Below are positions 36,913-47,824 of a stretch of DNA of 64,000 bases, piece after piece. Origin of the DNA: an uncultured delta proteobacterium (GTDB taxonomy: Bacteria; Desulfobacterota; Syntrophia; Syntrophales; Smithellaceae); the NCBI GenBank assembly GCA_963726395.1, contig CAVSCG010000022.1, positions 8,345-72,344 of the forward strand, in the 5' to 3' direction. Below the pieces are notes generated by a model that worked only from the letters and a program-made list of their open reading frames with translations, made no database searches and was not told where the DNA came from. How positions within the stretch are numbered: position 1 is the first letter of the stretch; every line of letters begins with the position of its first letter. Both the position numbers and the translations under genes were made by a program.

Positions 36913-36950
36913 CCGAACCGAGACAGGTCGAGATACCTGTCTCGGTTCGG
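36913..36950 (-). terminator. long hairpin after the acyl-CoA dehydrogenase gene
   Basis: A perfect 16-bp stem CCGAACCGAGACAGGT / ACCTGTCTCGGTTCGG lies 7 nt beyond the stop. The U-tract is weak. Confidence 0.45.
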
Positions 36951-36956
36951 AGCGTA

Positions 36957-38766
36957 TTAATCTTCGAAATACTCGTTTTTCATCGTAACAGTGAGACCGT
37001 CGCCATTGAGAAGGCGATGGGACAGGCCTTCGATCTTCGGCAATTCATAACCGAAGAAATAGCGGAACGCGGCGAGCTTGCCCTGGTAGAAATTCGTATC
37101 AGCTTCGCCCGGATTCTTCTGCAGTGCTTTTTTGGCTGCCGTGGCCTGACGGAGCCACTGCCAGGCGATCGCGATGATACCGAAAAATTCCAGATACAGC
37201 GTGGCATCGGCCAGGAACATCTCCGGGCCCTGTTTGGCAGCCACATCAAATTGATGCATAGTAACTTTTTCCAGTTGAGCCACTGCCGCGGTTAGTTTAT
37301 CGGCAAACGGCTTCAATTCCGCGTCGGCTTCCGCCTCTTTGATGGCTTTGCGCACTTCCGCCAGATACAGCTGGGCGGCTTTGCCCTTCTTCATCATCAT
37401 CTTGCGGCCCAGCAGGTCCATGCCCTGGATGCCAGTGGTACCTTCATGAATCGGGTGAATACGCACATCACGGTAAAGCTGTTCGAGCGGAAACTCCTCG
37501 CAGAACCCGTAGCCGCCGAGAATCTGCAACCCCTGCGAGCAGGACAGAATACCCATTTCAGAGGGATACGTTTTGGCGACTGGCGTCAGGAGTTCCAGGA
37601 GCAGGTTGTAGTTTTCGTGCTCTTCGCCTTCGGTGACATGTTCCAGGTCTTCGTAAATGCCGCACTGGAACAGCAGAGCCAGCGACCCTTCCACAACGGC
37701 TTTCTGGAACAGCAGCATGCGTCTGATGTCCGCGTGCTCGATGATCGGAATCTGCGGAGACAAGGGATCCTTGGAGGTCAGTTTACGCCCCTGCGGTCTT
37801 TCTTTCGCATATTCCAGCGAAGCATAGTAGGCGGCGGAAGAGATGACAGGCAGCGCCCAGGCCTACGTCGATTCTGGCACCGTTCATCATCTGGAACATG
37901 TAAGCCAGACCTTTGTTGGCCTCTCCGACCAGCCAGCCGCGGCAATCATCGTTTTCACCGAAAGCCAGCTGGGTGATGGGCGCGCCGCGGTAACCGAGCT
38001 TATGGTAAATGCCGGCACAGTTGACATCGTTGGGTTCAAGCGACCCGTCGGCCTTAATGCGCTTCTTCGGAATAATGAAGAGCGAGATACCTTTAATGCC
38101 GGGAGGCGCGTCTTTGATTCTGACCAGAGCCAGATGAATGATATTATCCGCTCCGTCATGATCGCCCGCGGAAATGAACAGCTTCTGGCCTTTGATTTTA
38201 TAGTAGCCCTGGTCCGTCGGCGTCGCCGTGGTGGTAAGATCGGTAAGCGAACTGCCCGCCTGCGGTTCGGTCAGCGCCATGGTACCCTGCCATTCGCCGG
38301 CGATCATCTTAGGCAGATACATATCCTTCATTTCCTGCGTGCCGTAGGATGCAATAAGCCCTGCCGCACCGTGCGTCAGGCCGTGATAGACGGCGGCGGA
38401 GTAGTTGGCAGCGCCGAAAATCGCCGTCGGCAGCATGACGCCTATGGTGAACGGCAACTGCTGCCCGCCGAGGTCATAGGGGAAAGTTGACGCAATCCAG
38501 CCGCCCGCACCGCACTCCCGCATAATGTCGCGGACTTTGGGATGAACCTTGACCTCGCCATTCACATATTCAGGCGCTTTACGGTCCATTTCCTCGAAAA
38601 GGGGCTTGAAGAGATCTTTGCCCATTCTCATCGCCGTGTCTAGAATCATGTCAAAAACTTCCCGGCTGTGGTCGGCATAACGGGGATATTTCAAAAGAGC
38701 TTCCGTGTCGTTGAGCTCATACAACAAAAACTTCAAATTTCGATCACTGATAAATTTATCTGCCAT
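36957..38766 (-). pseudogene. long-type acyl-CoA dehydrogenase (about 600 aa), interrupted by one frameshift
   Basis: ORFs 37783-38766 and 36957-37763 are N- and C-terminal parts of one ACAD (TEPQAGSSL...; C-terminal AcdA-type extension). The frame change is near 37840-37865 (..MNGARIDVGL | PVISSAAYYASLEYAKERPQGR..). Confidence 0.8.
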
Positions 38767-38799
38767 ATTTTTTCCTCTTTTATTTCATCAGTGTATTGT

Positions 38800-40011
38800 T
38801 CAAACCATTAGATTTTCAATAATCGCCGCAACACCCAATCCGCCGCCGCAGCAGGAGCTGAAGCAGCCGTATTTGCCGCCCTTCTTGATCAGCTCTCTGA
38901 TCGTGAAGATGCAGATACGGGAGCCGGACGCGCCGTTGGGATGACCAATGGAAATGGCGCCGCCGTTGGGATTCCATTTTTCCCAATCGACTTTTTCACC
39001 GGTCTGTTTTTCGAGTTCCGCAGCCACCGCCAGGTTCTGAACGGCAAAGGCTTCATTACACTCAATAACATCCAACTGGCTCATCTTGATGCCGGCTCGT
39101 TTGAGCGCCTGGGGCACGGCGTAAGCGGGAGCGATGCCCATGATCTTGGGATCGACACCATAATCGCCGCCGGCCACCCACTTGGCCATCGGCTTGTAGC
39201 CTAGCTGTTCGGCTTTCTCTTTCGTCATCATCAGCAGGAACGCCGCGCCGTCGTTGCGGCCGGAGGCGTTGCCCGCCGTGACGGTTCCGTCTTTAATGAA
39301 CGCAGGGGGCAGTTTGGCCAGTCCTTCCATTGTCGTATCGGGACGGGGAAATTCATCAACCTTGAATTCAATCGGGGGTTTCTTTTTTCCCTGGGGAACC
39401 ATAACCGGCATAATATCCTGGGCAAGGAAACCGGATTCCTGCGCTTTTTTCATTCTCATCTGGCTGCGGTAAGAGAATTCATCCTGCGCTTCGCGCGAAA
39501 TGTTGTACATTTTCTGGAGGGCTTCCGCGGTAAAACCCATGTTCATGGTTGCCGGATCTTTCGTAGGAGAAAGAGAAATAGCAATCGGCAGCGGGGGAAT
39601 CATGCGGAAAGGTTCCGTGTTCATCGGGAAACGGCATGGCGCCTGGCTATAGGATTCAAAACCGCCGGCGATCATGATGTCGGCCTGATTGGCCAGGATT
39701 CTCCAGGCGGCGTGATTGATCGAGTCAATCGCGGAACCGCACTGCATTTCGATATACGAGGCCGACGTACTCTCGGGAAGACCGGAAGCCAGCACCGCCC
39801 AGCGGGACGGGTTGATCGCGCTATGGCCTCCGATGGCCGATCCCATGAAAACGGCGTCAATTACTCCGCCTTTTTCCAGAATCTTCGACCGTTCCACCAG
39901 ACCTTTAATCGTCATGCCGGCCAGTTCTTCGCCCAGAATATTCCGTAAAGTTTTTCCCAATGTGCCAAAAGGCGTGCGAAGACAATCTACAAAAACAACT
40001 TCTCTGCTCAT
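38800..40011 (-). CDS. thiolase (acetyl-CoA C-acyltransferase)
   Basis: 403 aa with active-site Cys context (EMQCGSA) and C-terminal NPNGGAISIGHPNGASG and CCGGGLG. Confidence 0.85.
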   Translation of the reverse strand: MSREVVFVDCLRTPFGTLGKTLRNILGEELAGMTIKGLVERSKILEKGGVIDAVFMGSAIGGHSAINPSRWAVLASGLPESTSASYIEMQCGSAIDSINHAAWRILANQADIMIAGGFESYSQAPCRFPMNTEPFRMIPPLPIAISLSPTKDPATMNMGFTAEALQKMYNISREAQDEFSYRSQMRMKKAQESGFLAQDIMPVMVPQGKKKPPIEFKVDEFPRPDTTMEGLAKLPPAFIKDGTVTAGNASGRNDGAAFLLMMTKEKAEQLGYKPMAKWVAGGDYGVDPKIMGIAPAYAVPQALKRAGIKMSQLDVIECNEAFAVQNLAVAAELEKQTGEKVDWEKWNPNGGAISIGHPNGASGSRICIFTIRELIKKGGKYGCFSSCCGGGLGVAAIIENLMV

Positions 40012-40284
40012 AATCCCTCCTTAATATCTTAGTTTTTTACGGTGAAATCGTTATATGAAATTTATCGAGACTTAACCCCTCAAACATGTCTCTCAAGATT
40101 AATTTCAGGCGTTATCATACCTACAAGGTCACGTCAAGCAAGCTTTCAAAAAGTTCTATTGTTTCCAATATACTTGATAATCTTGAATAAATTACGAATA
40201 ATTCATTTTTTTACACGTGAGGTTTTGCCCGACCAGAAGTAAGCATGCCCCTCCATGGATATGAACCCATCTCTATTATGGCTA

Positions 40285-41145
40285 TTAGGTGTTCTTAAAA
40301 AAATCTTCGATTAGCGGATTGACCTTGTCTGCTTCCTCATGCTGAATCCAGTGCGAAGCGTCAGGAAATTTGATGAGCTTTCCCTGTTTGCAGTAGGCCA
40401 TGCTTTCATCGGCCATTTCAGCAAGCATCGCGATATCCTGTTCACCCCACATCAAAAGCATGGGCACTGTCACGTCAAAGCTTTTCGGCGGCTCTTGCTG
40501 CGTTTGAACCATGGCCCGATACCAGTTCACCATCGCCGAAAAAGCGCCCGGCTGCATGAAGGCTTTCCTGTATTCTTCGAGTTCTTCCGTTTGGAAGGCA
40601 CCGGGACGGCTCGTTGTCGCCAGCAATTGCACGGGCCAGGCATAGTTGTCGGCGGAAGCGAATTTTTCCACCGCACCCGGTAGCTGAAAATAAAAGATGT
40701 ACCAGCTTTTTTGCATCTGTTGGGGATTGGTAAACATGGTCTTGGCCATCACTTTGGGATGGGGCACATTCAGAATGACCAACTTCGCGATGCGGTCGGA
40801 ATATTTCAACGCCACCCACCAGGACACGGACGCACCCCAGTCATGGCCAACGAGATAAATTTTTTTGCGCCCGTAAGCGTCAATCAGACCAACAATATCT
40901 TTGGCCAGTTCATCAATCTTATAGGAGACGATCCCTTGCGGCTTGTCGCTTAAGTTGTAGCCACGCTGATCGGGTGCGACGACCAGATAACCCCTATCGG
41001 CAAAATAGTCGACCTGTTTGCGCCAGGCATACCAGAATTCGGGAAAGCCGTGAAGGAACAAAATCATCGGGCCATCCGACGGCCCCGCTTCCATGACGTG
41101 CAACTTGATTCCGTTGGTTTCAATAAAGCGTTCACGCAAATCCAT
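40285..41145 (-). CDS. alpha/beta hydrolase (epoxide-hydrolase-like)
   Basis: AAGGAGG RBS before the ATG at 41145. Motifs: HGFPEFWYAWRKQ, nucleophile elbow GHDWGA, C-terminal His. Confidence 0.8.
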   Translation of the reverse strand: MDLRERFIETNGIKLHVMEAGPSDGPMILFLHGFPEFWYAWRKQVDYFADRGYLVVAPDQRGYNLSDKPQGIVSYKIDELAKDIVGLIDAYGRKKIYLVGHDWGASVSWWVALKYSDRIAKLVILNVPHPKVMAKTMFTNPQQMQKSWYIFYFQLPGAVEKFASADNYAWPVQLLATTSRPGAFQTEELEEYRKAFMQPGAFSAMVNWYRAMVQTQQEPPKSFDVTVPMLLMWGEQDIAMLAEMADESMAYCKQGKLIKFPDASHWIQHEEADKVNPLIEDFFKNT

Positions 41146-41219
41146 TTCGGCCTCCTTCATGGCTCTTGGCTGGTCATTTGTCGTTCGTAAGGTCGCGACC
41201 ATTCCCTGCACAGGATTGC

Positions 41220-41966
41220 CTAGGGCATCTTTTGAATAATGCCGAGGAATCCGTCGGGCTTTAACGAAGCCCCGCCAACCAGCGCGCCGTCAATGTCCTC
41301 TATAGCGATTAACTCGCCGATGTTATCTTTCGTCACGCTGCCGCCGTAAAGAATTCGGACATCAGCGGCAACACAGCCATACATTTCAACGAGAAGACGG
41401 CGAATGAAATCGTGAACGTCCTCGGCCTGGGCGGGGGTGGCCACTTTGCCGGTTCCGATGGCCCAGACTGGTTCGTAGGCAATGACGACATTGCCGATGT
41501 CAGGAATACCGGCGAGAGCTCCTCTGACCTGCCGATTTACAACAGCCTGCGTAAAGCCTTTGTTTCTTTCGCCATCCGTCTCACCGACGCAGACCATCGG
41601 CTTCAAACCGGTTGCCATCGCTTTCTTCACTTTTAAATTGACGTTTTCATCGCTTTCGTTAAAATATTTACGGCGCTCGGAGTGGCCGATAATCACGTAT
41701 GTGCAGCCGACATCTTTGAGCATCAGCGGAGAAACTTCGCCCGTGAATGCTCCCTTGTCTTCGTAATACATGTTTTGCGCGGCAAGAGTCACAGCGGAAC
41801 TCTTGATGGCCTCACCGACGCTTCGTAGGGCGGTAAACGGCGGAGCAACAACAACCTCGCCATTTTTCAAACCGGTTGTTCCTTCTTTAATTGCATAAGC
41901 CAGCGCAACGGATTCACTGATTGTGTTGTGCATTTTCCAGTTGCCGGCAACGATCCACTTTCTCAT
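41220..41966 (-). CDS. tpiA: triose-phosphate isomerase
   Basis: 248 aa with AGNWKMH, IIGHSERR, AYEPVWAIGTG and YGGS. Confidence 0.95.
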   Translation of the reverse strand: MRKWIVAGNWKMHNTISESVALAYAIKEGTTGLKNGEVVVAPPFTALRSVGEAIKSSAVTLAAQNMYYEDKGAFTGEVSPLMLKDVGCTYVIIGHSERRKYFNESDENVNLKVKKAMATGLKPMVCVGETDGERNKGFTQAVVNRQVRGALAGIPDIGNVVIAYEPVWAIGTGKVATPAQAEDVHDFIRRLLVEMYGCVAADVRILYGGSVTKDNIGELIAIEDIDGALVGGASLKPDGFLGIIQKMP

Positions 41967-41980
41967 TTGTTTCCTCCGTT

Positions 41981-43164
41981 TTAACCGAGCGCGGCCACTG
42001 CCGGAAGCGTCTTGCCTTCCAAAAGTTCCAGAAAGGCTCCGCCACCGGTCGAGATGTAGGATATTTGATCGCTCTTGCCTGTTTTATGGATGGCCGTATC
42101 GGTATCGCCGCCGCCCACAATGGTCAGCGCACCGGAAGCAACGACTGCATCCACCAGTTTAAACGTACCCTAGCAGAAACGGTACAAGTTCAAACATACC
42201 CAGCGGTCCGTTCCAGACAATTGTCTTGGCGGTTTTTACGGCGTCTGAAAAAGCCGCGATCGTTGCTGGACCGATGTCGAGTCCCATCCAGCCATCGGGA
42301 ATATCTTTGACGGTAACAATATTTCTTTCAGCGTCTGCTGATGGCGCTTGTGCGATTACCGTGTCCACCGGCAGCAGGAACTGCACATTTTTCTGCTTTG
42401 GCTTTGTCCATGATCTTTCTGGCCAAATCCAGCATTTCCGTTTCACACAGGGATTTGCCGACATTAAAACCCTGGGCTTTCAGGAAGGTAAAGGCCATGC
42501 CGCCGCCCACGATAAGGCAATCCACTTTATCAATGACATTTTCCAAAACCTTGATCTTGTCGGAAACCTTGGCTCCGCCGATAATGGCGACAAGCGGCCG
42601 CGCAGGATTCCCCATGGCCTTGTTAAAATATTCAATTTCATTTTTCAGCAGGAAGCCTGCGGCGCAAACGGGTACAAACTTGGTGATGGCCGTATTGGAT
42701 GCCGCCGCGCGGTGCGACACGGCAAACGCGTCGTTGATATATACGTCGCAAAGTTTGGCAAGCTCCTGGGCAAACGCGTCATCGTTTTTGTCTTCACCCG
42801 GATGGAAACGCAGGTTCTCCAGCAGAATTACGTCGCCTGCTTTCATATCGGCGACAGCCTGCAGAGCTTTTTCGCCGACACAATCATCGACAAAAGGAAC
42901 ATCTTTCTTGAGCAACCCTGACAGAATCGGCGCAACCGGTTTCAACGAGAATTCGGCAGCCCGCTTGCCTTTTGGCCGTCCGAGATGGGACGTAACAATA
43001 ACTCGGGCGCCCTTTTCCCGGATATAGTTGATCGTGGCTAAACTTGCTCTTACGCGGGTATCATCCGTGACTTTGCCTGACTTGTCCATCGGCACGTTGA
43101 AATCCACGCGCACCAATACCTTCTTTCCGCTGACATCAATCTGATTTAAGTACTTCACATCCAT
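41981..43164 (-). pseudogene. pgk: phosphoglycerate kinase, split over three frames by two 1-nt indels (probably assembly artefacts)
   Basis: Three pieces: ORF 42328-43164 (RVDFNVP...SHLGRPKG), ORF 42159-42464 (NVQFLLPVD...WNGPLGMFE), and a third frame at 41981-42170 ([27 protein letters not shown]...[23 protein letters not shown]). The indels sit at the T5 run 42388-42392 and the CCC run 42168-42170. Confidence 0.9.
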
Positions 43165-43183
43165 AACCTCGCTTCACGTATTT

Positions 43184-44182
43184 TTATTTCATGATAAATG
43201 ACAAGAGTTCCAACATGCGATTGGAAAAGCCCCATTCGTTGTCATACCATGAAAGTATTTTCACCATTTTCCCGCCGATGACGATGGTGTTGGGCAAATC
43301 CACAATCGACGAATGGGGATTGCCGTTAAAATCTTTGGAGACCAGCTCTTCTTCCGAACAGAACAAAATGCCTTTCATCGATTTCTGTGAATATTCTTTG
43401 AGTTTCTCGTTGATTTCCTGCTTGCTGGTTTCGCGCGACAGCGTCGCCACAAAATCGACGAGCGAGACATTGGGTGTGGGAACGCGAATTGCTAGGCCGT
43501 CCAGTTTGCCTTTCATCTCGGGGATCACTTCGGCAATGGCCCGAGCGGCGCCCGTTGTGGTCGGGATCATGGAAAGGGCGGCGGCGCGAGCCCTGCGCAA
43601 ATCCTTATGCGCTTCGTCGATTACAACCTGATCGTTGGTATAAGAATGAATCGTTGTCATCAAACCGTATTCCACACCGAATTCCTCGTGCAAAATTTTC
43701 ACAATCGGCGCCAGGCAATTGGTGGTGCAGGATCCCATGGAGATAATGTGATGTTTGTTCTTGTCGTAATCTTCCGAGTTGACACCGAAGACAAAAGTCA
43801 CATCCGGTGCTTTGGCGGGGGCGGAGATGACCACTTTTTTGGCGCCGGCTTTGAGGTGTTTTTCCGCGCCGTCGCGGTCTGTGAATCTTCCCGTACTCTC
43901 CAGAACAACATCCACCCCAATATCTCTCCAGGGAAGTGTTTCCGGGTCGCGAACGGCAAATGCCTTCATCTCTTTGCCGTCAACCATGATCGCGTTGGGT
44001 GTGGATTTTACTTCAGCATTGAGAGTGCCATGAATCGAATCATATTTGAGCAGGTGAGCGAGCGTTTTTGAATCGGCCAGATCATTGACTGCCACGAATT
44101 CCACATCCTTGTTTTTATAACCGGCGCGAAATACCAGTCGGCCGATTCTTCCGAATCCGTTAATTGCAATCCTTACAGCCAT
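43184..44182 (-). CDS. gap: glyceraldehyde-3-phosphate dehydrogenase (type I)
   Basis: 332 aa with INGFGRIGR, SCTTNCLAP and WYDNEWGFS. Confidence 0.95.
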   Translation of the reverse strand: MAVRIAINGFGRIGRLVFRAGYKNKDVEFVAVNDLADSKTLAHLLKYDSIHGTLNAEVKSTPNAIMVDGKEMKAFAVRDPETLPWRDIGVDVVLESTGRFTDRDGAEKHLKAGAKKVVISAPAKAPDVTFVFGVNSEDYDKNKHHIISMGSCTTNCLAPIVKILHEEFGVEYGLMTTIHSYTNDQVVIDEAHKDLRRARAAALSMIPTTTGAARAIAEVIPEMKGKLDGLAIRVPTPNVSLVDFVATLSRETSKQEINEKLKEYSQKSMKGILFCSEEELVSKDFNGNPHSSIVDLPNTIVIGGKMVKILSWYDNEWGFSNRMLELLSFIMK

Positions 44183-44411
44183 ATTCGCCTCCTCACAAAT
44201 TTATGTAAAAAAGACTAAACAAAAGCCTAGGGGGTTGTCAACCCATTTCTCCCCCGCGATGAAGGCTTATTCGGCAAAGGAGTGTCCTAAGACATGATGG
44301 ATGCAGAGGAATTTGTGATGTTGAACTAAACCCTTTTATTTGCTACAAATTGTCCTTACCTGGAGGAACGCAGTATTATTTTTTAAGGCGGTCACATCCA
44401 TAAAGGAGTCT

Positions 44412-45860
44412 ATGAAAAAAACAAAAATTGTCTGCACGATCGGACCGGCTTCCGAAAAGGAAGACGTTCTGCAAGCCCTGCTTCAAAACGGTATGAATGT
44501 GGCGCGGCTGAATTTTTCGCATGGTTCACACGAGGGCCATCTGCAAAAGATCAAAACGATTCGCGAGCTATCCAAGAAACTTGACCAGCCGGTAGCGATA
44601 CTACTGGATCTAGCCGGACCGAAAATCCGTATCGGTACGATCCCTGATCCTGGCATTTTATTGACGTCGGGCCGTAAATTTATTTTAACCAATCGCGCGA
44701 TTGAAGGCAACATGGAGGCGGTATCGCTTACTTACAAAGATCTGCCGCGTGAAGTCAAAGCCGGCGACAGACTACTTTTGGCCGACGGTTTGATGGAGCT
44801 GCTGGTTGAATCGTCCAATGACACGGATATTATTTGCAAAGTGGTCACCGGCGGCCTTTTGACGTCGCACAAGGGGATCAATCTGCCGACGGGTTCGATC
44901 CGCACATCATCCCTGACCCAGAAGGATCGAGATGATTTGCTGTTCGGCCTGGAAAATGCTGTTGATTTTATCGCTCTGTCTTTTGTGAAGACAGCGGATG
45001 ATATTAAGGTTGTGAAGGATATTATTGCTGCAGATGGCAAGGACACGCCGGTCATCGCTAAAATCGAGAAACACGAAGCCCTGGAGAACATTGAAGCAAT
45101 CATGGATATCTCCGACGGCATCATGGTCGCGCGCGGCGATTTGGGCGTGGAAATACCGTTGGAAGATGTTCCGCTGATTCAAAAGAGACTGATTGCCAAA
45201 GCCAACGCCTCCGGTAAGCCGGTCATTAGCGCCACACAGATGCTGCGTTCAATGGTTTCTTCGCCGCGCCCCACTCGCGCCGAGGCCGCTGATGTGGCCA
45301 ACGCGGTGCTCGACGGCACCGACGCCGTGATGCTCTCCGAAGAAACCGCTTCCGGCGAATATCCGGTAGAAGCGGTTTTGTATATGAGCCGTCTGGTAGC
45401 AGCCGCCGAAAGCGGTTTTCCGTTTGAAGAATTTCTGGCCATGATCCCCAAGAAGGATATTTCCGAGTCCGTTGCCCATGTGTCATGCATTCTGGCCAAT
45501 CATCTGGAGGCTAAGGTCATTGTAGCTCATACACAATCCGGAATGACGGCGCGTTACATTTCACGTTTTCGTCCGCGGCAGCCGATTGTCGTCCTTTCAC
45601 CAAATATGAAAACGGTTCGACGTCTGGCTTTGAGCTGGGGCTGTCGTCCCCGTCTGATCGGCCAGCTGCAGAACACGGATGAGATGATTGAAAAAGCCTC
45701 TCAGGCTGCCTTGGAATCCGGTGAAGCAAAGCCGGGAGATTTGATAGTCATCACCGTCGGCCATCCCATCTGGGTGTCGGGAACGACGAATATGCTGAGA
45801 GTAAAAAACTCAAGGCGTAAAGTGCAGGGAACGGTTTCTAACCGTTCCCTACGCTTCTGA
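44412..45860 (+). CDS. pyk: pyruvate kinase
   Basis: AAGGAG RBS plus ATG at 44412. MKKTKIVCTIGPAS, NFSHG and MVARGDLGVEIP are present. The last about 15 codons overlap a 10-bp hairpin and follow an A6 run, so the C-terminus is uncertain. Confidence 0.9.
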   Translation: MKKTKIVCTIGPASEKEDVLQALLQNGMNVARLNFSHGSHEGHLQKIKTIRELSKKLDQPVAILLDLAGPKIRIGTIPDPGILLTSGRKFILTNRAIEGNMEAVSLTYKDLPREVKAGDRLLLADGLMELLVESSNDTDIICKVVTGGLLTSHKGINLPTGSIRTSSLTQKDRDDLLFGLENAVDFIALSFVKTADDIKVVKDIIAADGKDTPVIAKIEKHEALENIEAIMDISDGIMVARGDLGVEIPLEDVPLIQKRLIAKANASGKPVISATQMLRSMVSSPRPTRAEAADVANAVLDGTDAVMLSEETASGEYPVEAVLYMSRLVAAAESGFPFEEFLAMIPKKDISESVAHVSCILANHLEAKVIVAHTQSGMTARYISRFRPRQPIVVLSPNMKTVRRLALSWGCRPRLIGQLQNTDEMIEKASQAALESGEAKPGDLIVITVGHPIWVSGTTNMLRVKNSRRKVQGTVSNRSLRF

Positions 45861-45899
45861 CGTATCACGAACGACGAGATACGAGTTAAAGGAGGATTC

Positions 45900-46469
45900 A
45901 TGCATATTTTAGCGTTTAACGGTTCTCCCCGTCCTCAAGGAAATACATCCGCCATCATTGCCTCCATGCTGAAGGGCGCGCGATCGCGCGGCGCCCGGAC
46001 CACCGAGGTGCGGCTTCATGACATCAACTTCAAGGGCTGTCTGGGCTGCTTCGGCTGCCGGAAAAATCCAGGGCTTTGCAGCGCGAAAGATGAGTTGAGC
46101 CCCTATCTGGAGGCTATAAAGACCTGCGCGGGAATGATCATCGGCTGCCCCATTTATATGTATCGCATAGCCGGGCAGATGAAACTGTTTGTGGATCGCG
46201 TTTATTCTCTTTATGCCGATTTGCCGCAGGGTGGCTACAAGTCAATGGTGCCGAAGGGTAAAACTTACGCGCTGGCGATTTCCCAAGGTGCGCCCGATCC
46301 CTTGCAATATCAGAAATCCATTATGTATCTGACCGGTATGATCGGTAATGGTCTGGGCATGGATGTTGTGGGGGAAATTATTCATACAGATAGCGCGGAG
46401 AAGCCCGCGGCAGGAAACAGGGAGCTTCTGGAGCAGGCTTTTGATATCGGCCGTAAAATGATCAGGTAA
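45900..46469 (+). CDS. flavodoxin-like NAD(P)H-dependent FMN reductase / iron-sulfur flavoprotein family
   Basis: MHILAFNGSPRPQGNTS, a CLGCFGC cluster, and PIYMYRIAGQMK. Confidence 0.7.
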   Translation: MHILAFNGSPRPQGNTSAIIASMLKGARSRGARTTEVRLHDINFKGCLGCFGCRKNPGLCSAKDELSPYLEAIKTCAGMIIGCPIYMYRIAGQMKLFVDRVYSLYADLPQGGYKSMVPKGKTYALAISQGAPDPLQYQKSIMYLTGMIGNGLGMDVVGEIIHTDSAEKPAAGNRELLEQAFDIGRKMIR

Positions 46470-46480
46470 GGATAGATTCT

Positions 46481-47688
46481 ATGAGCGATGAAAAATTATA
46501 CATTGTCCTGATGGGACTGCCGGCCCGTGGCAAATCCACGCTGGCCGTTCGTCTTCGGGAATCTTTCCATAAGGATCACATCGCCACGCGCTTATTCAAC
46601 AACGGCAATCTTCGTCGAATTTAGCGGCCACTGGAGGAGACATGTGCCGAGTTTTGTTCCCCACAAACACCGCTTTGAAGCTGAGAGAAAAATTCACCCG
46701 CATGAATATGGAAAGGGCCAAAGCCTATCTGCGCGATTCCGGACAAGTGGCAATTCTGGACGCGACCAACGCAAGCCGCCAGCGCCGCGAATTGATCGAG
46801 GAATATCTTAACGACTATCCTCTGCTCTTTATCGAGTGCATCAGCGATGATGAGGATATTTTGACTTTGAGTATTCTCGAAAAAACGAAACTACCGGACT
46901 TCTCTCATCTGGAACGAAAAGCAGCCGAAGCAGAGTTTTTGAAAAGAATTCATTACTATAAAATGATTTATACTCCCTTGAAGCTAGAAAGAAATTTTGT
47001 CCGCCTAGATTCTCTGCAAAACAAGATTATCGGGGAAAAACATACCGATTCGATTCCCCTTTACGCACGCCTACGCGATTATCTGGTCACAGACGAAGTC
47101 AAAAATCTTTTTCTGATCCGTCATGCCCAAACGGAATATAACTTGGAAACGCATTGCGGCGCCCGCGCTCTTACCGCAAAAGGAAGGGAGCAGGCTAAAG
47201 CCTTGGGGCAGTTTTTCGCCAAAAAGAATATTTCCTACATCTTCACCAGCAGCAAGCTTCGCACAAAACTCACAGCGGAAGCTATCGCCCGAACACAGGA
47301 TAATTGCCGGATCATCGCACTCAAAGAGTTTGATGAAATCAACGCCGGCGTCTGCGAAGGCATGACTTACGCTGAGATTGAAAAAAAAATGCCGCAGGTT
47401 TTCCGTGAGCGCGAAGTCCGTAAATACGCTTATGTGTATCCGGAAGGTGAAAGTTACGCGACGATGAAACCGAGAATAGAAGAGGGAATAAAAAAGTCGT
47501 TTTTTCTGAACCGGCACGCACGCAACATTATGATCGTTGGCCATCAGGCTGTTAATCGTTTGATCCTGTCGCATTTTCTCTACCGGCGCGATGTTGATGT
47601 TCCTTACATTTATATTCCGCAGGACCGTTTCTATCACATCGTTTCCACGCAAAACAAAAAACTGTTCGAACTGAAAAGATATGATTAA
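46481..47688 (+). pseudogene. 6-phosphofructo-2-kinase / histidine-phosphatase (PFK-2/FBPase-2-like) bifunctional protein, one frameshift near the N-terminus
   Basis: MSDEKLYIVLMGLPARGKSTLA (P-loop) runs 46481 to about 46620. After a frame change near 46612-46622 it continues ..FPTNTALKLREKF...ILDATNASRQRR..., then LIRHAQTEYN...FTSSKLRT...GESY...VGHQA (histidine phosphatase). Confidence 0.7.
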
Positions 47689-47824
47689 TCACGCGATGGT
47701 AAAAGGCTATAGTCTATCAGCCTTAAGGATTATTTTTCCCCTTGCTCTTAAAATGTATTGTTCATATACTTAACCAAATGAAATTAAACTTTTCTTGAAG
47801 GATGGCTTTGATTTCTAGGAGGAC

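Noticed and set aside
41981-43164. Genuine loss of phosphoglycerate kinase.
   Set aside because: Both breaks are single-base changes in short homopolymers. The repaired protein is fully conserved, and the flanking gap and tpiA genes are intact. A sequencing artefact is more likely.
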